Shown here: piece by piece, positions 23,426-36,570 of the stretch
Position numbering within the stretch: position 1 is the first letter of the stretch
Layout of the letters: every line of letters begins with the position of its first letter
Assembly (NCBI GenBank): GCA_964270895.1
Contig: OZ185446.1
Direction: 5' to 3' (one strand)
DNA length: 64,000 nucleotides
Source: Podarcis filfolensis
Taxonomy: Eukaryota
Made by a program: the position numbers and the translations under genes
The notes under the pieces: model-generated
Seen by the model: only the letters and a program-made list of their open reading frames with translations
Told to the model about the DNA's origin: nothing
Databases searched by the model: none

Positions 23426-25224
23426 CTGGCACTGCTTTGGTCACAGAAAAGTTTCAGTGGGCAAGCAGAGTTCCTTGTTCACTTAAAACGAGTAGACTGT
23501 TCTCTTTTCACACAAGAACTCTGTCCGTTGGAGCACACACTGAGATCTGATTCAGGAACATTGCTAGTGGCGTTGGATATCATCTGGGAACCCAAACCCA
23601 AACTCTGAAAAGTTGTCATCACCGTAAGCCACTTGTTATCACCGTTGAGACCAAGGATGGCAGCCAGCAGCTGAAATGGCTGAAGAGAAACCAGATTGTT
23701 AGCTTAGAGGACATGATTCCATGACAAATGGCATATTCGCAGCTGTTCAGGATTCCAGCCAGTAGCTCATACCTCTCACCTGCCCACAATTAGGGAAGAC
23801 TAATTAAGTTGCGAATGTTCTGCTCCATTATTGGGGCTGCAAATGCAGCAGTAAAGTGGGCTGGGGGAGAGAGAGAGAGAGAGAGATGGGAATTGTCATG
23901 GCATTTGTTAGGAGAAATCAGTCTGAAATGTCATGGAGGGCCCTTTTAGCAAGGCTTCCGGCTTAGAGTCTCTAAGCCTTGAATTTAGACACTATACGAG
24001 AAATACCCCTGTAATGATTATGGCTCCATTGAGTCTGTGCAGCGACAGAGGTCTGGTACTGCTGTGCTTTCCATTTGCTGTTCATCTGAACTGTTTTTAC
24101 TATATGCTGTAAATAATTCAGTTAAATCACATTCCTAAAAGTGCCCACACTTCTCTTTCTCTAAAAAAGTAATTTCTTTACATTATTGAACTTCTGCAGA
24201 ATAATAAATAGCCAAGACAACTCTCTTTTAGATCTTGGCTGAAAGGCTAGCCTTTTGTTTAGCCAAAGCCTCATCTTTCTCGCAAAGCCTGCACTTTCAT
24301 TTTTCAGGAGGACAAAATGCATCGCCATAGGAAGAAATCTGAATCCTGTTTAAGCCTGAAAGCTTACCAAATGGAATAACCCACCCCCACCCCCACCCCA
24401 CTTTTAAAAGAGGAAAGGAAAGCCATTCATGAGCTGTATAAAATGTAATTTTGATTGAAAGCTCACTAAAAGCTATATAGGTCATGAAGACAATCAGTCT
24501 TTTATTCTTTAAAATAATTCACATTACAGCCCTGTGTATTACCACCCTTATCAAAGAAAAGCCTTTAGATTTGTGTTGGCAGATAATTACAAATTGATTT
24601 TTTTTGGACCTCTCATTTTGGGAATAGCTCTGAAAATCTTTACTCTCCCCCCACTCATTCCCTCCCCAATCCTCCACCCTCAGTAAAAGCCTCTTATGAT
24701 TTTCCTTCTGCATCCTACTGAAAAACTACGATTACTGCGAACTGTTCAGGTGGGCTAAGCCAGAAGGCTACATAAAAGAGCCGCATAGTACAAAGGCCAC
24801 AATGGAAACTAAGCATACAAAGCCAAAGAAAGATGCTGCTGAAATAGCCTGTTTTCCAGAGCTATATTTGTCTACTGCGTGATGCTTCAATACCAAAGCA
24901 TACCGCAAAGTAGGAATTATTAATAATTATTCTCAAGACATTTAAACGTCATCAATATATGATCACGGGTTTTTCTCTGGCCAGGATCGAGTTAACTCTG
25001 AAACTTTTTGCAAGAACCCAAAGGGAGGTTAGATTAGTTTTTCTCAAGCTTCTCCCCCAGCCACAAGGCAGACTTTATGTGATGTTACATGGGTAGTAGT
25101 AGTAGTAGTAGTAGTTGTTGTTGTTTTAGAAAGTATCAGACATATACTTGGTGAGTGCAAGCCCCCTGTTGTAAGCACAGGCTGTATTTTGACCCTGGTT
25201 TTTGTCTGCAGTAATGATTTGCCA

Positions 25225-25580
25225 GGGACGCGGGTGGCGCTGTGGGTTAAACCACAGAGCCTAGGACTTGCCGATCAGAAGGTCGGTGGTTCGAATCCCC
25301 GTGACGGGGTGAGCTCCCGTTGCTCGGTCCCAGCTCCTGCCAACCTAGCAGTTTGAAAGCACGTCAAAGTGCAAGTAGATAAATAGGTACCGCTCTGGCG
25401 GGAAGGTAAACAGCGTTTCCGTGCACTGCTCTGGTTCACCTGAAGTGGCTTAGTCATGCTGGCCACATGACCCGGAAGGTGTACGCCGGCTCCCTCGGCC
25501 AATAAAGCGAGATGAGCGCTGCAACCCCAGAGTCGGTCACGACTGGACCTAATGGTCAGGGGTCCCTTTACCTTTACCTT
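25225..25580 (+). mobile_element. Sauria SINE, full length, sense
   Basis: tRNA-like head, B-box ggttcgaatcccc, (ACCTTT)n tail, TSD taatgatttgcca / taatcatttgcca (1 mismatch). Confidence 0.95.
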
Positions 25581-25617
25581 AATCATTTGCCAGGATGGTA
25601 GACTAGTTAGGGACTAA

Positions 25618-25773
25618 GGTCTTATCCACACTTCCCACTGCTTTCCCCTGGGGGAAACAGCTCTTTAGCATTCAGTCAGAACATTGATGTTTGCTCCGAT
25701 TTAGAGCTAAAGAGGGAGTTTTCCATGCGCTGTGCCTTTTAGGCATGGGGCAAGCAGCAGTGTGGATGAACCC
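25618..25773. mobile_element. PIF/Harbinger-like MITE (short derivative)
   Basis: TAA TSD on both sides (25615-25617 and 25774-25776), TIRs ggtcttatccacac / gtgtggatgaaccc. Confidence 0.75.
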
Positions 25774-26493
25774 TAAGACACAGGCCATATATTAGGCGAG
25801 TCAACCTGTTCTAATCTCATCTGAGGGGTCTATTGTCCTGCAAATCCACAAAGCATACAGCCTGAGGGAAGCGTGTGTTGGCTTTAGGCAACTGACTTTG
25901 TTTTGTTTTCATGCTTTTTACAACCTCAACCTTGGGAGGCAGCGGAATCACAGAAGAGCCTGGCTGGAATTCCAGCATCACTAGTTGCAGACATGAGGTC
26001 TGAACCTCTGAGTGAGAAGTTTCTTGAGCTAGAGACTCCTGAACCAGGAACACCACCATCAGCAACCTCCCCAAGCCTGGGTCCTCTGATGTTCTCCCTG
26101 CACCAGGGTCTTCATGCTCTCCAGTGTCTGCTCACCACCACAACCTACCAACCTAAACAACTACTGGGAAAAGCAAAAAATGCAATTTGAGGCCATTTGG
26201 CAGCTGAAAACTACATGATTCAAGCTAGACCTCCACTTTTTTAAAACCCCTTGCTTTTTTGCTGGAGAGACAGGACTTTTTCAGCCATCAGATCCTCTTA
26301 GGGACATCTGAGCTGAGTCTTTGGACTTTGTCTGAGTAACTTTGTGTTTTCTTGGGGATTAATCACATTCTACCCTACCTTCAGACTGGCTCTAGGTTAT
26401 CTGCTTCCTTCTTATTGTGTTGTACTTTGCTGCCTTCCCTCAATCTCATGCACGTCCTAGTGGTGCAGCAATAAAACTGCTAGCACGCTTGCA

Positions 26494-26590
26494 AAGCTAA
26501 GCAGGGTCCGGTATGGTTTCAAATTGGATGGGGAACCACCTGTTGGACTAAATAACTCTCAGGGTCCCTTCCAATTCTATGATTCTATGA
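26494..26590 (+). mobile_element. 5S rRNA-derived segment fused to a CR1-type 3' tail
   Basis: 26494-26542 matches the recalled 5S internal control region at 39/49 positions by hand. It is followed by ttggacta...gggtcccttccaattctatgattctatga. Confidence 0.6.
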
Positions 26591-27695
26591 CATCTCTTGT
26601 AAATAGCTGCATAAACTTATTAAGGAAAGCTCTGGCTAGTTAATGGCAGAATGGTGGTTGAGGGTTAGGCTGCAGACCAGAAGTCTAACCCATTAAGACT
26701 CTTCACTTCTCTGTGTGAATGTTGTTTCAAATGGCTCCCACGTAGTCAGTATATGTGGCACCATAAGGCCAGAGGTGGTCTGTTGGTATGTTATTCACAA
26801 GAGTTTGAGGGGCACAACAAATTCTATGGTACATTCCAAGTCTCAGTGTTCTTTCCAAGCTTCGTCTCCTGCAAGTTTTAAAATTACTCCTACAATGATT
26901 TCCCCGCTAAACAATATAAAATTGTGCAAGGAGAAATAAGCTTGATCATGGACCTCCATAGAAACTGTCACTCAAAAATTACATTCATTCCTTTCCCTAA
27001 CATCATTCATGCCTCCTTTCTGTTTATTTTCTACATTTCATCTCCCTTCTCTCCTGGTTTTCTGTGACCCGTTTTCAATGCTAATTTTTTCTCATTCATT
27101 TCAGATAATGAAAAATTTTCAGAGCCTGACTTACAAAGAAAATGTGCAGGGAAGCCCTTGATATGTCCAGTTATATACATAAAAGTAACATGAATGACAC
27201 TAAAATTGGGTCTGAAGATCTCATTTGAAAATGCATTGGAAGTGTGTGCAAGTTGATAGGCATATTTTACTAGTTTATTTTGCTTTAACTATACCTGTTC
27301 TTTTGTTATCAATGTTTCTACTTATCTGTTGGATAAAGTTCTTCATGCTATTCCCAGACTGAGGGCACATTTGTAATTACAGAGGGAGAATGCTGAAGGA
27401 AAACAGTAAACCTTCTCCACCCCCAATTGTTTTATTAAGTGATGATGGAAACGAACTGCTGTCTTATGACATGTTTCAAATATAGGTAGATTTACAGACA
27501 ATTTTGTCTCCTGAATTGTTGCCTTAAGCTCATGATGCTGAGGCAAAACTGTCAGTCGTCAGAGTTCATGTTTCCAGGCACAGCAGAGACCACAGTGTCT
27601 TTATGATATATGGTTTATTTTCACAAATATAAAACCTGAGCCTACAATTGAGGTTGTATAGTTACTCATCTCCTTGGCTCGGGGTCTCATAACTC

Positions 27696-27833
27696 CATAC
27701 CCTCCAACATTTCTATGAGGAAAATAGGGACATCCTAAGGAAATATGGGACATTCCAGGATCAAATCAGAAACCAGGATGGCTTCTGTAAACCCGGGACT
27801 GTCCCTGGAAAATAGGGAAACTTGGAGAGTCTG
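27696..27833. mobile_element. Short hAT-like MITE
   Basis: Imperfect TIRs cataccctccaac / cttggagagtctg. No clean TSD. Confidence 0.6.
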
Positions 27834-29156
27834 TAACGAGTCAGTAGATAATATATAGTACAACTGCTTTGACTAGCTCTCTTGAGTTTCTTAATGTATT
27901 GGTTGTCCCAGGGCCCTTCCATTGACTGCTTGTACTTAGATGCATGGGTGACACACTCCTTAAAATTACAGCTTTAGTTTAAGAAAATATGGTTAAAGTG
28001 ACTAAGAAAAAATGTTACCCAAATCTCTTCTCTGCAGCCTCCCTTTCTCACTGTCAGCATCTAATGTTTGTTTTCACTGCTGCCGCTTGTCTAATGTCCA
28101 TCTAATGTAGATTGAAAGAATTCTAGGCTGCAAGCCTAGGCTGAGTCCAGGGCAGGCCTTCACTCATGGTTAGCACTTAAGTAAGTGTTATATTGTGGTA
28201 ATAGTTCTGGCGGAGCAGCAGCAAATGTATGCCTTATCATTGTACTAGCAGCCTTACATTCAGAATATTAATTCACTTCCATGCTCTGTCATGGGTTCCC
28301 AGAAGGTTCCCTACAGTCTTCATCTAGCTTTCGTACAATTTTGTATTCTTTGCAAGTACAGTTTTCACCTTTTCCATTGCAAGACAGGAGAAAAGCCTGA
28401 TTTTCTGGATTGCTTCCTCCAGGTCTTAACTCATTTCTGCAAGGCTTCCAGGTGGCTAAATAAAGGTACTGAGGAGTTGCGACCTCCTAATTGTAATAAA
28501 AACAAACCATGAAGCTTAGCATATATACTGCCAAATCTAAGAGTGGGGTGGTGTTTGTGTTTTTGGTCCTTTTAAAGTTTAGAGGCTTTCTTTACAGAAA
28601 GGCTGTAAGGAAAAGCTGATTTCTGTCTTCTTTCTCTGAAAGGTAGTGTAGATTTATTTAACAGCGTTCATGGGGTGCTGTGAATCTGTCTTTCACAAAC
28701 AATCTGTACAGCAACAATGCAGTGACAGAAAAAGAAACGTGAAGCATCTTTTCTGCTGGAGAATTCCTCTCCAAGACAGAATTAAAAAGATTGCTGTGGA
28801 ACACCAACTGTTATTCTTGCTACGGTAGCTCTCTCCTATCCAAACCATTTGTTAAATGGGAAGTAATTGAGGTTGAAAATGATTTCACTGAACAAAGATG
28901 GCTGGTGTTTGTTTGAGGAGGAGGGAGAAAGAACAAAGATGGCATGCTTTTCTTAAGAGAGCTGTCATCAAAGGAGAAGTAATGCAGATTTTTAGTAGAA
29001 ATTATATGATGGAATGAGAGAAGCGGAATAGGTTATATTAGGGAAGAGAGATACAGTACTTGAAACAGGCATTTTGAGCTCTACGCCTGCCATAGCAATA
29101 CTAAAACAGAGCTCAATGCAGTCCTATATAGTTAACATCTGTAGTGGGATATTTTA

Positions 29157-29402
29157 AGGTAATGGTAAAGGGACCCCTGACCATTAGGTCCAGTCATGAC
29201 CGACTCTGGGGTTGCGACACTCATCTCGCTTTATTGGCCGAGGGAGCCGGCGTACAGCTTCCAGGTCATGTGGCCAGCATGACTAAGCTGCTTCTGGCGA
29301 ACCAGAGCAGTGCACAGAAACGCCATTTACTTTCCCGCCGGAGCGGTACCTATTTATCTACTTGCACTTTGACATGCTTTCGAACTGCTAGGTTGGCAAG
29401 AG
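29157..29402 (-). mobile_element. Sauria SINE, 5'-truncated
   Basis: Perfect 14-bp TSD AGTGGGATATTTTA (29143-29156 and 29403-29416). Confidence 0.93.
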
Positions 29403-32400
29403 AGTGGGATATTTTAGGTGGTTCCAAAATCCCTGGGATCGCAATGTTTGCTGCTGGTGTAAACAAAAAGTAGCAATATTGAATGTGCAATCTTCATTAA
29501 TGCCAAGTGTTAAATTCCTGGAATCAGTAACACCATGTGCCGTGAGGCATCAATAGAAAAATGCTTGGATTTTATTGGGTAAATAGTAGCATTTGGAATC
29601 CACATATGAGGCTTATTCAAATGACACTACTGTAAAGGACCACACTCTAAAACAGAGTTCACCCTTTAGCTCTCCATCTCCATCTCCTGCTTACGAACAG
29701 GTATGCCTTTTTTTAATTCTCTGTGTTTTGACAGCAACCATTTCGTATTTTTTTTTAGTATTACTCCTTAAGACTGCTCCCTCAGCCCACTTATTCCACA
29801 TAACATTAATGTAGTGTTTTTATTATGGAAAAACACCACAGGGACAAGCTGAGGGCTGCTGTGTATCAAAAACATTACTATTGAAAAGTGGTTTCCTATT
29901 TGAAGCAATGAGCACTAGTAAGAATATTGCAAATGGTAAACTGGGAGTTACCAAGATACCAAGCAAAGTTGCGTATAAAATAATTTGGCCAGTTTTAGAT
30001 TCTGCCCCCCCCCCCCCGCAGAGCTGCAATAAATGAAGTGTATCTGCACCCTGTAGCAACACTACATGTTTTCAGGGTTCCATCTGGTCCACCTTGCCTT
30101 TCTCCGGGTTACTAGAAGCTGCAAAGGGATATAGCATGGCATTCATTACCCCACAACTCCAGTTTCCAGTGTTTTCCCCCAGCAGTGCATAGCTCCAATA
30201 GCCTGCAGCATGCACAATCCTTATTTTGGGTGGGGGGCTGCCCCCTTTGGTTTGTTTTTAGGCACAGAATTGGATACACCCCCCTTGTCTGCTCCTGTCA
30301 ACTTTTTCCACTGGGGGTTTCCCAGATCTGAAGAACAAGAATCAACAATTCAAGGTAACCATAAATAAGCAGCTTTGGATAGTCCTGATGCTGCAGACAC
30401 ACCCCAAATAAGCTGGCCGATCTGCTTCCTGCTTGACTTATGCACACAACTTGAGTTGACTAGCATTGCAGGTGAACGGTAACAGTTTTAAAAATACTGC
30501 ACAGCAGTATGTAGGAATCTTTGGCTATCATATGTGATACCTTTGCCCCCACTGACACTTGTAATAGCTCATTTCAAATATTTCTAGGCCAAGCCTAAAT
30601 ATGGAGAACGTAGCACTCTATTTCTATCTGAAAGCACCTAATTATCCCTACCAGATTCATGCAATTCTAGTAATGGAAGTCATGTATACAGCTGAAATAA
30701 ACAAACAAGGGAAGTATTTTATTCTACCAACCCTTCCCCTCACTATAGCAATTGGTAATAGACAGTAATTATGTACTAATTAGCTCATTTACTATGAGAT
30801 GTATTTGCTTTGTGGCATTTATGGCTGTCCCAGTAATGTACATTTTTATGTCTTGTAATTAGACTACATCACTTTATGTAAAAATGTTAATTTTCAGCCA
30901 CTGAGCCTGAATCATTAGTTTAAAACTAACTGAGTGATGAGTGACCTTTTGAGGTCTGAGGAAATGAATGTGGCGAGGCTCTGAAGTGCTAAAGAATGGA
31001 ACACACCAGTGAATCACAGACAGAGCTCCATGTTGCAGATGGCTTGAGGGCCATCTAATGTTTACGTATGCATTATGCCTATGTGCAGTTAGTTACCTGA
31101 AGTTAGCTTCTCTCTGTCTTGAGATGTTGCTAGAGGTTGTCCACAGGTGACCTCAGCAGATTCTCACTTTACTCTGGAGAATTGCTCCTGGTTAGTGCTC
31201 AGAGGTTAGCTTGCAGCTCTGTTGATGTAAACACATCAACTATCTCCCACAATTCCACGCTAATGTTGGGACTACTAAACTACATTAACTGAACTCGGCA
31301 GTTGTTTAACAAATTGTCCAAGAGGCTACTCACCTGAGAAAGTCTGCCCACTCCCTTTTACTGAGAGCATGGTTGGATATTCCCAGCACGATTCGAGACC
31401 TTTCCATCCTTCCTTAACTTGCAAAACACCCCTGTATTATACCCCCTTTTAAAATAGTAATTGCTCCCAGATCCAGCTTTATTCTATCTCATTCATTTCA
31501 CAAAACTTATTATGCTGCAATCTAAATGAAACCAGTGTGAAAACAAAAGCCGTTCTCCCAAAGCCATAAAAAAAGGTCTGTGACCTTAAGCTCCATCATT
31601 GGACAGTCATGCATAAAAGTTGATACCTTTCCTGTAGGAAAAACAAGCAGCAATTTTTTCTGGCAGGTCATTTTTAATGTATGCAGATTCAAAACAGTCC
31701 CACGGACTATCATCAAGATGTTTCTACAAACAGCAGAAAGCAAAGCACCCTAAAACCTGAATAGTCCCTATTCAAACTATTTTTGTTTGAGAAGTATGAT
31801 TATTGTTGTGGTTCAAAGCCTTCCACTAAGTAAAAACAATGTGAGGCTTTCTCTTTGGTTTTACTATTTTGATCATGATGACATAAATGAAAGTGTGTCG
31901 CACTTCTATAGATTTATAAACACTTGTTTTTCATCCTGTACTCTTAAATGGGCCAAAACACCGATGGAAAGTGGAAGGATTCTATTCTGTACTGAGGAAT
32001 ATCTGAGAGCTGATGCAATGTCACATACAGAAGGAGTTACTAAAGCTAATAACAGAGGGATCTGAATATGAAAAGCATCCCTGTCACCAGACCTTTGTCT
32101 GGGAAAAGAAAGCGAAAAGATTTTATCATACACGGATTCCGGTTTCCCTTTTGTTGAGATCTGAATAAATATCCTGCCTAAATTCTCCACAAATGAAATG
32201 CCTTTCAGTTTATCTGAACAGATACAGTTTATTCCCTTTTCAAATTAGTCATTTCCTCTATGCATGGCTTCTTCTGCCTTTTTTGTGTTGTAATTGAAAC
32301 TTTAATAATTGATGTCACCTTTTACATATTTATTTCCTGTTAGGAAATAGTTTTTACAAAACAGCCTGGGAGTGATACAGTGGGCAGAAATATATTTTTT

Positions 32401-33405
32401 CGTATATGAGCTTTTCTCTGTCTTCACCTTTTACAGCTGCTGTGATAAAAAGTGATTTCCTGTTAAACAGGGAAGAAAAGACCTGACATTTTATGTACAA
32501 AACAAACACGAATTATAGAATGGCCAAACAACATGTACCTCGGTACCGAATTTCATAGCCACTGTTGGGCAAGACACAAAAGGGTTGAGTCTAAAATATG
32601 CTGTGGACTTACCTTTTATATCTCCCAAACCATGGGAGCTTAGGACATATCTTCTCTTCAGGAAATAATGGATGAAGGACTAACTCTAGATAATTTGATA
32701 ATTTTCTCATAGGGTTGGTTGATGCCTTTTAGAGAGCTGGTATAGTTGTCTGTCCATATATGGAGGAAGTGATTCAAATAGTTGAATATCTGACCCACCC
32801 ATACTCCACCTCATTTTGAAGAGTGTGGGTTGGTATGTAGGTGTACTCTTATTGTAAGGAAGTAGATTTTGTTTCCTGATAGGATACATTTCACATTATA
32901 ATTACTTGTGTTCATACAACTCAAAAGCACAGAGGATCCTGACTTTGGACTGTTTCAGCACAGTATGAAATAGGTAGAGATTATATTGGAGGCATAGTCT
33001 GGGAGGAAAAGCAGTGCAAATTGACTCATAATAGACAATTACAACAATTTCAGCATCTATCTGCTGAAGCCAAATTTTCAGGCGGTGTTAGGAACCTAAT
33101 ATTGATCAACACAGACTGAAGGACATTCACAAGGGTCTAAGGTTAATTAGCTGCAAGTACCTGGAGAACCCTTAAAGGTTTAGAAATGTTCAGCAACAGG
33201 TATAGGCCCCAGGCTGCATGGAGATAGCCCATGGAGACTGAGGTGACTTGCTAGGGGAGGCAGGTCATCTAGGTAGAGGAATCTAAAAACATAGCTTATA
33301 TTTAGAAGGAAGAAGACAGGGGCCTTTTCTAGTTGAGCCAAGCTACTATTTTATTAACCAAGTTGTTCTGGGGTGAGGGGAGGATTTATCAAAGAAATCC
33401 ATGTC

Positions 33406-33500
33406 ATAGAATTGGAAGAGTTGGAAGAGACCACAAGGGCCATCGAGTCCAACCCCCTGCCAATCAGGAAACACCATCAGAGCACTCCTGACATAGGCTC
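33406..33500 (-). mobile_element. CR1 LINE 3' end
   Basis: Reverse reads ggttggactcgatggcccttgtggtctcttccaactcttccaattctatga. A short related tail lies at about 48040-48080. Confidence 0.75.
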
Positions 33501-34036
33501 TGGCATCTGGCATCCTGGCATAGCCATGTCATCGCTGATTATCTGAGTACCCCTCATATGGTTACTTAATTCTCCAGTAGAGCAGTTGTGCTTTAAACAA
33601 CATGAAGACCAATTTCTTTCCTGCTACTGGCAACAGTACTAATGCCACGAACTCTAGTGGGACTTCCAAACAAATTTAGGAAACTAGAAATGTTGTAAGT
33701 GCCGGGGGGGGGGGGGAGAAAATAAATCACATCTTGGAAGTAGGATTTTCTAAAATGCCAAATGTTCTGTCCATGTACAAATGACCCCATTAAGGGAATG
33801 AAGAAAGCTGAAAGGTGTTCCCCTTTATGGGACTCTTTAGCTGAGAAGCTTTGCATTTATTTTTGGACCAAACTAAAGTTTGCCGGCTGCTATTGTAGGA
33901 ATCTTTAAAGAATTGTACCCTTTATTCTGCTTAAGAAACTGATGGTTGTTGTAATGACGCCTTAATAAAATGTCACATATCAAAAGTTAGCAAGAAACCA
34001 GTGCCACAGGTCTAGCAAAGGAACATGGGCGTGAAG

Positions 34037-35035
34037 TGTAGGTGGGTTCCCACGAGGCAAGACACAGTGATAACAGCAAGAACCTTTATTGAACTAACAT
34101 AAGTGAACAACAGGCACAAAGCAACTGCGTATATACATTTCTGAAGGCCTGGGCCACTCCCACTCCCAGTGTGATTGGCTGTCTAAACTTCCAAGCTACA
34201 AATCATGACTCGGAGTTTAAGGACCAATGGCAAAGGCCCAAATCCTGAAATGTTCTGTGATTGGATATCATGTATCGAATGAGAACACAGAGGCTCAGAA
34301 TCCTTAGTCCAGACTCAAGCTCAGGCAAACACAGACCACTCAATACATAACAGGAGGACACAGTGTAGAGCATCAAACATGCATGGTTGTAGGTGTAAAA
34401 CATCATATTTAACATTATAAGAAGGAGTTCTGTTGAAAAGTCAAGAAGAACACAGAATAAATTACAACAATGGAGGGACTGAATGGAGATAGGTCTGTAA
34501 ACATCTTTCTCTAGCATAGTTTTTTTCTCAGAAACGTGGGGCGTGTTGCCTAGCAGAGGGCATGAGATATCAGCTAGGGCAGTTCAATCAAGAGCCTATA
34601 TCATCAGTCAAGGTGAACAGGCCTCAGTGGAATGACTAGAAGAGAGGATTGGTGTTGATGTCCTTCACTGCTTTGGATTCAGGACCACTGGGCAGGAGAT
34701 GAAATGGTGTATGAAAGGACCAAGGAGGAAAGTGACACAGGCTTTCCCCGAAACCAGGCAAATCGAGGGGAAGTGATGGTGTGGCAGTGGCAGAGAATTG
34801 GAATAGGCAAGTACAGCCAATGAGCTTGCAAGATAGGAAGCATGGAATATCTATTAACTTTGGAAAGAGAATGTGGTTATATAAATATGAGATATTCTGG
34901 TACCGATGGAGCTCCCTAGGCAGGAGAGAAAGTACCTTGCTCTGAGGTAGCCTCTTCATTGGACTGTAGCATAACTGCCTTGGACAAACCTTCATGCCAG
35001 CATATCCCAGCGCGAAACTGAGGGCCCTAGTACAT
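34037..35035. mobile_element. LTR-like region (one or two solo LTRs; boundaries uncertain)
   Basis: Minus-strand CCAAT (34173-34178), TATATA (34130-34135), AATAAA (34085-34090) and a CA end at 34037. Plus-strand CCAAT (34817) and TATATAAA (34878). No TSD resolved. Confidence 0.45.
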
Positions 35036-36570
35036 GGCATTAAATAAGCGAAGCCCGTTTTTAGATTGCATTAAACAGTAATTAGATTAAACATTCTATG
35101 CTAGGTAATCAAGTGGTCATATGCATGAGTGAATTGGTATACAGGAGATGTAGCATCATTAACCACAGAAATATTCATGGATGAGAGTGGAAAATACCAA
35201 GATAATTAATGAGAGCAGAAGCTATATGCAAGAGTTTTAATTAGTACCCTGCATCATCTCATATCGCATATATGTAACCAGACAATATAGAATGCAATTG
35301 TAGTAATCTCTTAGGATTGTTTTAACCTTTAACCCTCTTTTTGTGTTGGGTGTATGAATGCCCTGTTATTATGTTAATGGAAAACACCCTGATGGAGATG
35401 AAGGGACCTAGGTGCAGCTTTTGCAACTACAGCTAGGTTATTGCTCCTTTTCTCTAATCAAAAGACCGTCTTCCTAATTCTTTTGATGAGAACAAGAATA
35501 ATTGCATATTTCCTAGATACCCCTTTTTCAAATGGAACAGTCAGTGGCATATTCCTCACAGCGTGATCACTGCCTCTCTGGGTGCCAGTATAATGAAGCA
35601 GCAAATAATTCCCCAGTCAGAATCCTTAACAAGGAATTAAAACGTTTCTTGAAATTCCACTTTTCTGTAGGCTGCAGGAGAGTGGGGTGGAGTGCGTTGC
35701 CACAACTATTTTCTGAGCTATGCTTTAAGAGAGATTCTGCCTGAACAGTCAAAGGTATTTGCGTGAGACATGACCTTTTCAGATCGTATTTATTGTGTCT
35801 TCCCAAATACATGCCATAATGTACAGCACCTGTCAACATTTCACCAGGCAAAACAGGCGCTGTGACTAGGAGGACTGCCTCTTAATTCTCTGCTACATCA
35901 TTTCTGCATAAGAGAAGCCAGTTCTGGAAAGGAAAGGAGGATGACAAGGAAACCGAGAGAAGCAGGAAGGAAAGAAGGGGTGGGGAAATATATTGGGTTC
36001 TATTTTCTCTCTCTCCCCCCCCTTCCCTTTTCCCTATTACTCTGCTCAGAATTATCCTCCTCTGAAACATCTCCCATCTTTCCCATTCCATGCTCCACTG
36101 CTTTTTCCCTACATGGAAAAACAGCCTGGTTTCCTCAGATAATTGGTTTTCTATTTTGAAATATTTTATCTGTTCTTGGCAAGACAGATTGTGGGCTCTC
36201 TGAATTTGGATGCTCATGCCTAATGTACTTGGGGAGCAGTTAACCGAGGAATCCTATACACCAATACATAACGGGGAGAGATAGGCCCCTAGCACTACGC
36301 CCTTAGTAAGCTGGCATGAAGTCTATCGTGTCCTACACTCGCTTATTTCAGATCAGCAGGGCTAAAACATACTCCTCAGGGCAGAGCGACAACATCCATG
36401 AAAATGACACCAGTGCCCACCCATCATGGCCAGTGTCTTGGAGATGATGTGGCAATATTGAGGAGGCACTGTGAAGACGACATGGCGATGTTGGAAAGAA
36501 GTTATCAAGATGCCTTGGTGATGCTTCTCTGCCAGCAAGATATGGGAGGAGCCAGGGGGTTGTACTAGAT

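Noticed and set aside
25903-26190. Pro/Ser/Glu-rich 95-aa ORF
   Set aside because: No flanking splice signals, no similarity to PTPRN2 or any motif I recognise.
27105-27184. Strong acceptor followed by DNEKFSE, reminiscent of PTPRN2 GDDRFSE
   Set aside because: Similarity ends after 7 residues, the phase and order do not fit (the intervening exons are absent), and there is no good in-frame donor.
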